Assembly: GCA_049969495.1 (NCBI GenBank)
Contig: JBMFOT010000006.1
Location: forward strand, 3,108-67,107
DNA: 64,000 bases
Reading direction: 5' to 3'
DNA from: Armatimonadota bacterium
GTDB taxonomy: Bacteria; Armatimonadota; HRBIN16
The notes under the pieces were generated by a model that was given only the letters and a program-made list of their open reading frames with translations, was not told the origin of the DNA and did not search any database. Shown here piece after piece: positions 47,424 through 55,644 of this stretch. Within the stretch, counting starts at the first letter, position 1. Each line of letters opens with the position of its first letter. Made by a program: the position numbers and the translations under genes.

Positions 47424-48659
47424 CTACTCCACCATCACGTACGGATTTTCCAGAATGCGCTTCAGCTCGCGCAGGAACTCGGCAGCAACGGCGCCGTCCA
47501 GAGCACGGTGGTCCGCCGAGATTGTCACTTTCATGCGCGGACGCACCGCTACCGTATCATCGTCCAGTGCGACGGGTTGCTTCTGCACTGCACCCACCGC
47601 CAGTATCGCCACTGCGGGTGGGTTGATGATGGCGATGAACTCGTCCACCCCGTACATGCCGAGGTTGGAGATGCTGAAGGTCGCACCGGTATATTCGTCG
47701 GGCGTCAGGCGTCCCGCTCGCGCCTTTTCCACCAGCTGGCGCGTCTCTACAGCGATCTGACGCAGCGTCTTGCGCTCGCAGTGACGCAGCACCGGCACAA
47801 TCAACCCGTCGGGCAGGGCCACCGCGATGCCGATGTGTATCTCACTGCTTGGGTAGACCTGTTCGTTCTGGTACAGCGCGTTCACCTGCGGATAGCGTGC
47901 CAAAGCCAGCGCACACGCCTTGGTAACCAAATCGTTGACCGAGAGCTTCGGCGCGTCTTCGGGCAACGCCGCGTTCAACCGTTCGCGCAGTGCCATCGCC
48001 TCGGTCATGTCGATGTCCATCGTGACATAGAAGTGCGGCACCGTTTGTTTGGTGAGCGTGGTACGTTCGGCAATCAGACGACGCATCCGGCTGAGCGGCT
48101 GTCCACCGGCAGGAGGTTCTACCGTCACCGCGGTGCGTACCGGCTCCGTCGCGGGCGGACGAGGCGTGGCTTGTCGTGAGGCGATGAACTGCTGTACATC
48201 ACGCTCCACGATACGCCCGCCGGGTCCGGTGCCCCTCACCATCGCCAGGTCTATGCCTGCCTCCTGTGCAATACGTCGTGCGAGCGGGGAGGCCTTGACG
48301 CGCTCCTGCACGGGCGGCTCCTGATGCGTCTCGCCTATTGGCGCAACCGGTTGGGCACTCGGCGCAACAGATTCCTCTGCGGCGGCGGGTGGCTGGGCAG
48401 GCTGGGTAACCTGAGGCTGTTCGCCCTCGCCCAGAATCTCTGCAATCACCGCGCCAACCGGCACGGTATCGCCTTCCTTTGCCAAGACGTTCGCCAGCTT
48501 GCCCGACGTCTCCGCCGGCAGTTCCACACTGGCTTTGTCGGTTTCTATCTCCGCGATGATATCACCGACCTCTACGCTGTCGCCCTCTTTCTTCAGCCAG
48601 CGCAGGATGGTTCCTTCTGTCATCCCGTCGCCCATCTTGGGCATGATTACCTGTGCCAT
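47424..48659 (-). CDS. Dihydrolipoamide acyltransferase (E2) of a 2-oxoacid dehydrogenase complex
   Basis: Lipoyl domain (IMPKMGDGMTEGTILRWLKKEGDSVEVGDIIAEIETDKASVEL), a Pro/Ala linker, an E1/E3-binding domain, and a catalytic domain with DHRALDG. Confidence 0.9.
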   Translation of the reverse strand: MAQVIMPKMGDGMTEGTILRWLKKEGDSVEVGDIIAEIETDKASVELPAETSGKLANVLAKEGDTVPVGAVIAEILGEGEQPQVTQPAQPPAAAEESVAPSAQPVAPIGETHQEPPVQERVKASPLARRIAQEAGIDLAMVRGTGPGGRIVERDVQQFIASRQATPRPPATEPVRTAVTVEPPAGGQPLSRMRRLIAERTTLTKQTVPHFYVTMDIDMTEAMALRERLNAALPEDAPKLSVNDLVTKACALALARYPQVNALYQNEQVYPSSEIHIGIAVALPDGLIVPVLRHCERKTLRQIAVETRQLVEKARAGRLTPDEYTGATFSISNLGMYGVDEFIAIINPPAVAILAVGAVQKQPVALDDDTVAVRPRMKVTISADHRALDGAVAAEFLRELKRILENPYVMVE

Positions 48660-48671
48660 CGGTTTTCCTCC

Positions 48672-49649
48672 TTAAGCCAGTACACGCTTCACCGCGCGGA
48701 TAATATCTTCCTCGCTGGGGAAGGCGGCGCGTTCCAGATTGCGAGCGTAGGGGATAGGCACGTCTGCACTGGCAACGCGCAGCACCGGCGCGTCCAGCTC
48801 GTCGAAAGCGAGCTCCTGAATACGCGCCACCACCTCCGCCCCAAAGCCCACGTTGCGGTGGTCCTCATGCACCACCACCGCCCGATGCGTCTTGCGGATG
48901 GAGTGCAGCACTGTGTCCATGTCCAGCGGTTGTAGCGAGCGCAGGTCTATCACCTCGCACTCGATGCCTTCGGTTTCCGCCAGCTTCTGCGCCGCGTGCA
49001 ACGCCAGCATCACCGGTTGCGAATAGGCGATGATGGTGACGTCGCGCCCCTCGCGCTTCACATCTGCTACACCGAATGGAACGGTGTATTCGCCTTCAGG
49101 AACCTCTCCGCGCGTGGAGTACAGCTTCGCGTGCTCCATGAAGATAACGGGGTTGTTATCGCGAATAGCGGTCTTCAACATTCCCTTCGCATCGGCAGGG
49201 GTAGCCGGGGTGACCACTTTCAGCCCCGGGATATGCGCATACCACGATTCAAGGCTGTGTGAATGCTGGGCAGAGAGCTGCGCCCCACCGCCTGCGGGTC
49301 CGCGAAACACAACGGGTACCGCAATCTGCCCGCCGAACATATACAGGATCTTCGCCGCATGGTTCACCAGCTGGTCGGCTGCAATCAGCGCGAAGCTGAA
49401 GGTCATGAACTCCGCCACCGGACGCAGGCCAATCATCGCCGCGCCGATTGCCATGCCCGCAATGCCCGCCTCGGAGATAGGCGTATCCACCACACGCATC
49501 TCCCCAAACCGCTGTAGCAGTCCCTCGGTCACACGGAACGTACCCTGATACCGCCCGACCTCCTCGCCCAGGATGAACACCCCCGGATCGCGCTCCATTT
49601 CCTCAGCTAACGCCTGTCGCAACGCCTCGCGATAGGTAATTACCGCCAC
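48672..49649 (-). CDS. 2-oxoacid dehydrogenase E1 component beta subunit (pyruvate/acetoin/branched-chain type)
   Basis: MAVITYREALRQALAEEMERDPGVFILGEEVG...; transketolase-like pyrimidine-binding and C-terminal domains. Confidence 0.9.
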   Translation of the reverse strand: MAVITYREALRQALAEEMERDPGVFILGEEVGRYQGTFRVTEGLLQRFGEMRVVDTPISEAGIAGMAIGAAMIGLRPVAEFMTFSFALIAADQLVNHAAKILYMFGGQIAVPVVFRGPAGGGAQLSAQHSHSLESWYAHIPGLKVVTPATPADAKGMLKTAIRDNNPVIFMEHAKLYSTRGEVPEGEYTVPFGVADVKREGRDVTIIAYSQPVMLALHAAQKLAETEGIECEVIDLRSLQPLDMDTVLHSIRKTHRAVVVHEDHRNVGFGAEVVARIQELAFDELDAPVLRVASADVPIPYARNLERAAFPSEEDIIRAVKRVLA

Positions 49650-50671
49650 TCTCGCACCTCCATATCGGTATACACATCCCGATAGAGCTCCTCCAGCGGG
49701 GGTTCGGGGCTAGCATCAGCATAGGCAACCGCCTCCAGAGCCCGCTGTTTTGCGTGCGCATCCCACTCCAGCAGTTCGTTTTCGGTGGCGAAACCGTTCT
49801 CCAGCAGGAAGCGTGCGGTGTTCACGATGGGGTCGCGCTGTCGCCAGTATTCTATCTCCTCTTTCGTCCGGTAAAGCGCCTGGTTGGTAGGGTTGTCGGC
49901 GATGCCATGTCCCTCAAAACGGTAGGTCATCACTTCCACAAAGAAGGGTTCGGGGGTGGTGCGTACGTGGCGGATAATCTGCTCTGCTTCGCGATACACC
50001 TCCAGCAGGTCCATACCGCCAATCTGCTTGGTGGGCATTCCGTATTGCTTCGCCCGCTCGGCGAGGCTCGGCACGGCAGAGGCGAACTCTACTGGCGTTG
50101 CCATCGCATAGCGGTTGTTCTCGCAGATGAAGACAACCGGTACCTTGTATATCGCCGCCATATTTAGCGCCTCGTGGACAGGTCCGATGTTCATCGCACC
50201 GTCGCCGAAAAAGCACAAACACACCTGATCGGTGCCGCGATAGCGGATTCCATAGCCCACGCCCACCGCCAGCGGAACCATCCCTCCCACGATGCCGTAT
50301 CCGCCCAGGAAGCCTCGCTCCACGTCCACTAGGTGCATCGAGCCTCCTTTGCCCTTCGCTACGCCCGTATAACGTCCGAACAGCTCCGCCATGATTCGCC
50401 GGGGGTCGGTACCGCGCGCGATAGCGTGACCGTGGTCACGATAGGAACAGAGCATGTAGTCATCGTCACGCATGTGGGCGATAAATCCGGTAGCGACCGC
50501 TTCTTGCCCGATATACACATGCATATACCCCCCCATTTTACCCTGTCGGTAGGCGGGGGCGCATTGCTCTTCGAAGTGGCGAATCAGCAGCATGGTGCGG
50601 TACAGTTCCACCAGACGTTGCGGGGTCAAAGAGTCTGGCAGCGCCTTTTTTACAGGTACCTCAGCCCTCAC
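49640..50671 (-). CDS. 2-oxoacid dehydrogenase E1 component alpha subunit (TPP-dependent)
   Basis: TPP-binding motif (GDGAMNIGPVHEALNMAA...VVFICENNRYAM). Overlaps the E1 beta start. Confidence 0.9.
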   Translation of the reverse strand: MRAEVPVKKALPDSLTPQRLVELYRTMLLIRHFEEQCAPAYRQGKMGGYMHVYIGQEAVATGFIAHMRDDDYMLCSYRDHGHAIARGTDPRRIMAELFGRYTGVAKGKGGSMHLVDVERGFLGGYGIVGGMVPLAVGVGYGIRYRGTDQVCLCFFGDGAMNIGPVHEALNMAAIYKVPVVFICENNRYAMATPVEFASAVPSLAERAKQYGMPTKQIGGMDLLEVYREAEQIIRHVRTTPEPFFVEVMTYRFEGHGIADNPTNQALYRTKEEIEYWRQRDPIVNTARFLLENGFATENELLEWDAHAKQRALEAVAYADASPEPPLEELYRDVYTDMEVREWR

Positions 50672-50726
50672 GATGTGTTCCTCCTCAAGTTCTGTCCAGC
50701 GTCAGATGTGTGCCGACGCCCGGGTT

Positions 50727-50756
50727 GGTGTACGGAGAGGAATAGTCCTCCGTACA
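50727..50756 (-). promoter_or_regulatory. 10-bp perfect inverted repeat (GTGTACGGAG-10nt-CTCCGTACAC) in the 347-bp leader upstream of the E1 alpha gene
   Basis: Read directly from the sequence. No U-tract, so more likely an operator or RNA structure than a terminator. Confidence 0.3.
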
Positions 50757-51018
50757 CACGCTATCGCGGCGGGCGCTGTGCAACGCTCGCCGCGTATCTT
50801 ATTGTGGCACAAAAGAGCCAGCTCCTGCAAGCGGTGGTACGTTACCCCCCCCTATCCACCTGTTCTTCGGGATAAGTCACCGTCGGCGGGCTGATAGAAA
50901 TCATCCCGCCTGCAGAAGTGTGAACGTTCCCTTTGCACGCGGACTACCGTATACGAAACAGTGGTCACACTCGTAAGGGCATTTGTAGGTGAGCAAGAAG
51001 TGGATGCCGGTTAACACA

Positions 51019-52137
51019 CTATCCTCCTTGCGCTGCCATGCAGTCCAGCGCCTCGTCTACCATCGACAGGTAGTTTTCCACCGGCACATAGCTGGGGATG
51101 GAGTTGCCGGAGCCAACGGCATATCTGCCTCGCGCCCCGCAGGTCTCTACGAGCTCGCGGGTACGCCGGCGCACCGTTTCAGGCGTGCCCGCCGAGAGAA
51201 CGTTCAGGTCTATCCCACCCAGCACCGCGATGCGGTCGCCGTACAGCCTCTGAAACTCCTGCACAGGGATGATGGCGTCCTCGAAGGAGTGCTTGCCGTC
51301 GATGCGCACATCGGTAATCAGGTCCTCCATGATTGCTCGCAGGTTGCCGCAGGAGTGCAGGAAGTAGGGCAAGCCGCGCTCATGCGCCATCTGCGCCCAT
51401 CGCTGATGCCAGGGCAAGCAGTATTGACGCAGAGCGTCGGGGGCAATCAGCGTGCCGGAGCGAAAGCCCATGTCGTCGCCCGGGAAGACCGCTATCAGCT
51501 TATCCAGCTGCAGCAGATGCTCGTAGAACTGCGTGATGAGCGTGCCGATGCGCTCGCTCACCGCCTGCACCAGCATGGGGTCGTCGTACAACGCGAGACA
51601 CAGCCCCTCCAGAGACATCACCCACGAGAGATGCTCGAAGATGCCCGCCGCATGCGAGGAGATGAATCCCATCCCTTCCGGCAAATGGTCATTGATATAC
51701 TCCAGTATGAAGAAGTCCACATCCTCAACGCGGGGCCAGGGATACCTTTCGAAATCATCCCAGCTGCTAATCGCGCCCTGGTGTTCGTCTGCCCAGGCGC
51801 GTTGCTTGCTGGATGCGGTGTCGGCGGTGACCAGATGCCTTTCCTGAAACGGCAAACCGATCTCGAGGCGCACAAAGTCATAGCCCATGCGATACCAGAA
51901 ATCAATCACCATGTCGAGGAAAGCCTTCAGCGATTCACGGTCGCCTTGAGGGGTCACCCACTCCCTGCCCATCAGTTCGGTCACGATGGGGCGCATCACC
52001 ACATCGTCCACAATGTATTCCACCAGCGGCGTGCGTCGCTGCGGTATCCGCCCCAGCAGGGTATCGATAAACTCCCGCCCGTTGGGCTGAGGATTTTTCA
52101 CAGGAACATGGCGCCACATATCTACTCTCATCCACAC
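51019..52137 (-). CDS. Uroporphyrinogen decarboxylase (URO-D)-family protein (MtaA/CmuA-like methyltransferase fold)
   Basis: 372 aa with URO-D family features (FLHSCGNLRAIMEDLITDVRIDGKHSFEDAIIPVQEF...). Confidence 0.65.
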   Translation of the reverse strand: MWMRVDMWRHVPVKNPQPNGREFIDTLLGRIPQRRTPLVEYIVDDVVMRPIVTELMGREWVTPQGDRESLKAFLDMVIDFWYRMGYDFVRLEIGLPFQERHLVTADTASSKQRAWADEHQGAISSWDDFERYPWPRVEDVDFFILEYINDHLPEGMGFISSHAAGIFEHLSWVMSLEGLCLALYDDPMLVQAVSERIGTLITQFYEHLLQLDKLIAVFPGDDMGFRSGTLIAPDALRQYCLPWHQRWAQMAHERGLPYFLHSCGNLRAIMEDLITDVRIDGKHSFEDAIIPVQEFQRLYGDRIAVLGGIDLNVLSAGTPETVRRRTRELVETCGARGRYAVGSGNSIPSYVPVENYLSMVDEALDCMAAQGG

Positions 52138-52488
52138 AGAGTCTTTGCTTTCTCGATTCCCTGCTGACCAGCAATCTACCTGCTACTGGTTTTGTGGATT
52201 GTTGCCTGCGGACCGCAGTTGTGCTACTATAAATTGTAAAGATGTGGTAGCGCTGGCACTCTGCAGGACGAACATCGTGAACGAGATAGGCATATTCGGG
52301 TGGCCGAGCAACTACATCACCATGGGCACCACGTTCGAGTATCTCTTGGATTTCTGGAAGCCGCCGAAATGAAACTCTACACCAAACATGAGTTGACACA
52401 TTTGCCTCGTGGTGAACGGCATGCGTGAAGTTCTGCCCCTGTCGTATGCAGGCAACCACCTTCTGGCAGGGGGCTACTATGTGCATGG

Positions 52489-52835
52489 GTGAACTATGAC
52501 TGCCGCAAGGTGCTTCCGATGGCGTCCACCCAGTTTCCCGCGCAGACCTTCTACGTGACCGACGTGGGCAGTCGCATTGAGTCCAACAGCAACGCTTTTG
52601 CAGGGTGGTACATCGCCCCCGGTTACGACAACGGTGCCCCCAACCGCCGCTGGCCGAAGGGACAGCGCCACCAAAACGGGCGTAACTGGATTTTCGCAGA
52701 TGGGCACGCGAAGTACCATCGCGCGATCCCGCCCTCACCAACCCCGACGGCTCGCGCAAGTCGCAGGCGCAGCTCACCTGCGATTACGAGGCGATGGGAA
52801 TCTACACCTACCCGCAGGGCAAAACCTGTAACTAG
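52489..52835 (+). pseudogene. Degraded C-terminal remnant of a third DUF1559 (H-X9-DG) prepilin-type gene (frameshifted; no N-terminal pilin leader)
   Basis: ...NAFAGWYIAPGYDNGAPNRRWPKGQRHQNGRNWIFADGHAKY matches the DUF1559 C-terminal motif. A +1 frame continues ...NPDGSRKSQAQLTCDYEAMGIYTYPQGKTCN-stop, resembling the native C-termini of the intact paralogs. No [13 protein letters not shown] leader is found upstream. Confidence 0.45.
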
Positions 52836-52881
52836 CCCCTTGCACGCAGTACGGGTGCTGGGCGGTTTGCCCAGCACCTTT

Positions 52882-53565
52882 TTATCGTAGGGTCACATAA
52901 GGTCGTATCTGCTCCAGCTTCTTTGGACCGATACCGCGCACCTCGATGAGTTCGTCCACCGAGTGGAAGCTCCCGTTCTGCTTGCGGTATTCGATGATTG
53001 CGCGGGCGGTAGCCGGTCCTACGCCGGGCAGGCTCTCCAGTTGCTCTGCGCTGGCGGTGTTGACGTTGATTTTACCCCGGAGAGGCTCCCTGTGCTCCGA
53101 TGTTGCACCTTGCCGAACCGCTCCCACACGTGCCTCCACCTGCACTGATTCGCCCTTGCGAGGCACATAAACCTGCACGCCGTCTTCCAGTGGCTGCGCC
53201 AGGTTCACCGAATCGGGGTCCGCCTGACTGCTGAATCCGCCCGCCGCTTTCACCGCATCGTCCACCCGACTGCCTCGCGGTATCCGCACCACACCGGGCT
53301 TTTTCACCGCCCCTGCCACGTGCACCACGATCTCGTCGCTCTCGGCAGGCGGCGTCCCCTGAGAAGGGGTGGCTTCACCGGTTTCAGCGGGTAGTGTTGG
53401 GGCGGAAAGCGCGGGCGGCGATGGCTGCCGGGTGCTGTCGCTCGGTATGGTAGGCGCAGGCACATCGCTGCCGGAAAACACCCCCTGCCACAGCACAATA
53501 CCGCAGGTAATCACCACCAGCACCCCAGCGGTCCATAACCCTTTGGGAACACGATCCATTGCCAA
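52882..53565 (-). CDS. comEA: ComEA-like DNA-binding protein (SLBB + tandem helix-hairpin-helix)
   Basis: N-terminal TM. SLBB region (GVVRIPRGSRVDDAVKAAGG). C-terminal HhH (INVNTASAEQLESLPGVGPATARAIIEYRKQNGSFHSVDELIEVRGIGPKKLEQI). Confidence 0.8.
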   Translation of the reverse strand: MAMDRVPKGLWTAGVLVVITCGIVLWQGVFSGSDVPAPTIPSDSTRQPSPPALSAPTLPAETGEATPSQGTPPAESDEIVVHVAGAVKKPGVVRIPRGSRVDDAVKAAGGFSSQADPDSVNLAQPLEDGVQVYVPRKGESVQVEARVGAVRQGATSEHREPLRGKINVNTASAEQLESLPGVGPATARAIIEYRKQNGSFHSVDELIEVRGIGPKKLEQIRPYVTLR

Positions 53566-53784
53566 CTTCTCCCTCAGCGGTCTCTCTCTTCGTTGCCGTC
53601 CGAGCGATTCCTGCTACCACTGCAAGGAGGTGTGACTTCACATGAAACGTTTGAAGCACATCGCGACATGTCCTCCCGTGATGCGCAACCTTGTTGCTGC
53701 CTTGCTAGTACTCCTGATGGTACAGTCAGCGCGAAGCTACGACTTCGGTATCCTGGTACGGAACTTCGGGAAGGTGGGGGACGA

Positions 53785-54837
53785 TTAGCGGCACCGCTGC
53801 ATCGCCCATTGCAGGTGTTCGCGCACCATCGGGTCGGTTTCGTGCTGCAGTTCGCCCTGCAATACGGGTAGCGCATGTGGGTCGTTGCTGTTGCCGATGG
53901 CGACCGCGACATTGCGCCGAAAGCCTCGCCACTTTGCGCGCTTGACGGGGCTGTTGCGGAAAGCAACACGAAACTCCTCCTCACTCAGGCGCAACAGGTC
54001 TATCAGTCTGGGCGTCAGAGTGACCTCACGCGGGGTGAAGCCGGGTTCATCGGTGGGCGCGGAACGCAGCGGGGCGTGCGGGCGAGGCTGGTTGAACGGG
54101 CATACCTCCTGACAGATGTCGCAGCCGAAAATGCGGTTGCCCATCTTTGGACGCAACTCCTCTGGGATAGAGCCGCGCAGTTCGATGGTGAGGTAGCTGA
54201 TACACCGCCTCGTGTCCAGCACGTACGGGGCGACAATCGCCCCTGTAGGACACGCCTCGATGCATCGGTTGCACTTCCCGCAACCGCCAAACGCCGGCTG
54301 GTCGTACTCCAGTTCCACGTCCAGCAGGATTTCACCCAGCAGGAAATACGAACCGCGATGGGTGTTAATCAGCATGGTGTTCTTGCCGAACCAGCCCAGC
54401 CCGGCTCGCCACGCGAGGTCGCGTTCCAGCACCGGTCCGGCGTCCACGTAAATCTTCGCCCGGCAATCAGGGCGCTGCTGACGGATAAAATCCAGCAGTT
54501 GGCGCAGCTTGCGCTCCATCACCTGGTGATAGTCGTCTCCCAGCGCATAGCGGGCGAAGATGCCCCGCGATGGATCGTCAGTAACAGGAGAAACAGCAGG
54601 GGCATAGTTCAGACCGACCACCACTGCACTCTTTGCGCCGGGCAGCACCTGCTGCGGGTCACATCGGGCGTCGGCGGTGCGGGCGAGGTAAGCCATCTCT
54701 CCCGCAAACCCTTGCTCCAGCCACTTGCGGAAGAAGAGCGCGTGAGCAGGGGTTAGCACTGGAGCAAAACCCACCAGGTCAAAACCCAGAGAAAGGGCGC
54801 AAGCGCGAATTGCTTCGGATATGGTATGCTCGGTCAT
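53785..54837 (-). CDS. queG: tRNA epoxyqueuosine(34) reductase
   Basis: Two 4Fe-4S ferredoxin motifs (CGKCNRCIEACPTGAI, CDICQEVCPFN), a cobalamin-binding region and HEAT-like C-terminal repeats, in the QueG family arrangement. Confidence 0.9.
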   Translation of the reverse strand: MTEHTISEAIRACALSLGFDLVGFAPVLTPAHALFFRKWLEQGFAGEMAYLARTADARCDPQQVLPGAKSAVVVGLNYAPAVSPVTDDPSRGIFARYALGDDYHQVMERKLRQLLDFIRQQRPDCRAKIYVDAGPVLERDLAWRAGLGWFGKNTMLINTHRGSYFLLGEILLDVELEYDQPAFGGCGKCNRCIEACPTGAIVAPYVLDTRRCISYLTIELRGSIPEELRPKMGNRIFGCDICQEVCPFNQPRPHAPLRSAPTDEPGFTPREVTLTPRLIDLLRLSEEEFRVAFRNSPVKRAKWRGFRRNVAVAIGNSNDPHALPVLQGELQHETDPMVREHLQWAMQRCR

Positions 54838-55238
54838 ACCTCGAGACCGGACTGCGCCAGCTTAGCAAGCACAAACTCCCGAACCCGCTCCGCAATCTGC
54901 AGGGCTTGCCGCGCCTCCTCTACGGAGGGCATATAAAACTCATCGCCATAACGAATAGTTACGGCATAATCAGTTAGATGATCTATGTCCAGCTCGTTTA
55001 ATCTGCGAAAATCAGCATCGATATCGGCGCATCGTTCTATAAGTGCTGCCAGGGAATGAACGCGAGGAACTTCCTTTCCGTGAAAGATGAGAAAGCTCTT
55101 CAAGTACTTCTCACAACATTGCTGCATGTGAAAGCACACTGTATCGGTTATAGGGTCGTCCCTGCTCAATTCGTTTTTGCCTGTTTGGAGGTCGTTATCT
55201 GCTTTGCGCATCCAGTTTCTCACCGTATCTGCGTTCAT
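54834..55238 (-). CDS. HEPN-domain protein (putative toxin of a HEPN/MNT pair)
   Basis: MNADTVRNWMRKADNDLQTGKNELSRDD...CFHMQQCCEKYLKSFLIFHGKEVPRVHSLAALIE shows the HEPN fold. Overlaps the queG start by 4 nt. Confidence 0.7.
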   Translation of the reverse strand: MNADTVRNWMRKADNDLQTGKNELSRDDPITDTVCFHMQQCCEKYLKSFLIFHGKEVPRVHSLAALIERCADIDADFRRLNELDIDHLTDYAVTIRYGDEFYMPSVEEARQALQIAERVREFVLAKLAQSGLEV

Positions 55239-55638
55239 ATACAGGAACCCCTTCTTTGAGAACGTAGTAGGTAAGATATCCTGTATCGCTGCGCCTGCGG
55301 CATACTGTCTCTTCTGCCTGGATGAGCACATCACAATCTATCTTCTGTTTGGCAAGGAAGCGTCGTATCAGGGAGCCCATTTGCTGGCGTTGAAGAAAGC
55401 CCACTTCCTTGTCGATAACAACATAAAAATCCCAGTCGCTATCCTTGCCTGCCCCGCCCCGTGCCCGACTGCCGAACAGGTAGATTCGCACGACGTCTAC
55501 CCCATGCTGTTGCGCGACAGAGCAAATGACGTCCACCGCCTGGCGCAGCAGCTCCTGCTCTTCGGGTTTGAACGTTTCCAGTGCGTGCACGCTGCTCACC
55601 CCCAGCTCATTATAGCACCGCGCCCGTTTCGCGCGCAA
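55195..55638 (-). CDS. Minimal nucleotidyltransferase (MNT; putative antitoxin of the HEPN/MNT pair)
   Basis: RIYLFGSRARGGAGKDSDWDFYVV gives the G[SG]-x9-13-DxD nucleotidyltransferase motif. Overlaps the HEPN gene by 44 nt. Confidence 0.7.
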   Translation of the reverse strand: MRAKRARCYNELGVSSVHALETFKPEEQELLRQAVDVICSVAQQHGVDVVRIYLFGSRARGGAGKDSDWDFYVVIDKEVGFLQRQQMGSLIRRFLAKQKIDCDVLIQAEETVCRRRSDTGYLTYYVLKEGVPVYERRYGEKLDAQSR

Positions 55639-55644
55639 TGAAAG

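Noticed and set aside
50989-52167. 392-aa plus-strand ORF
   Set aside because: It is antisense to the URO-D-family gene and is His/Gln/Arg-rich low complexity.
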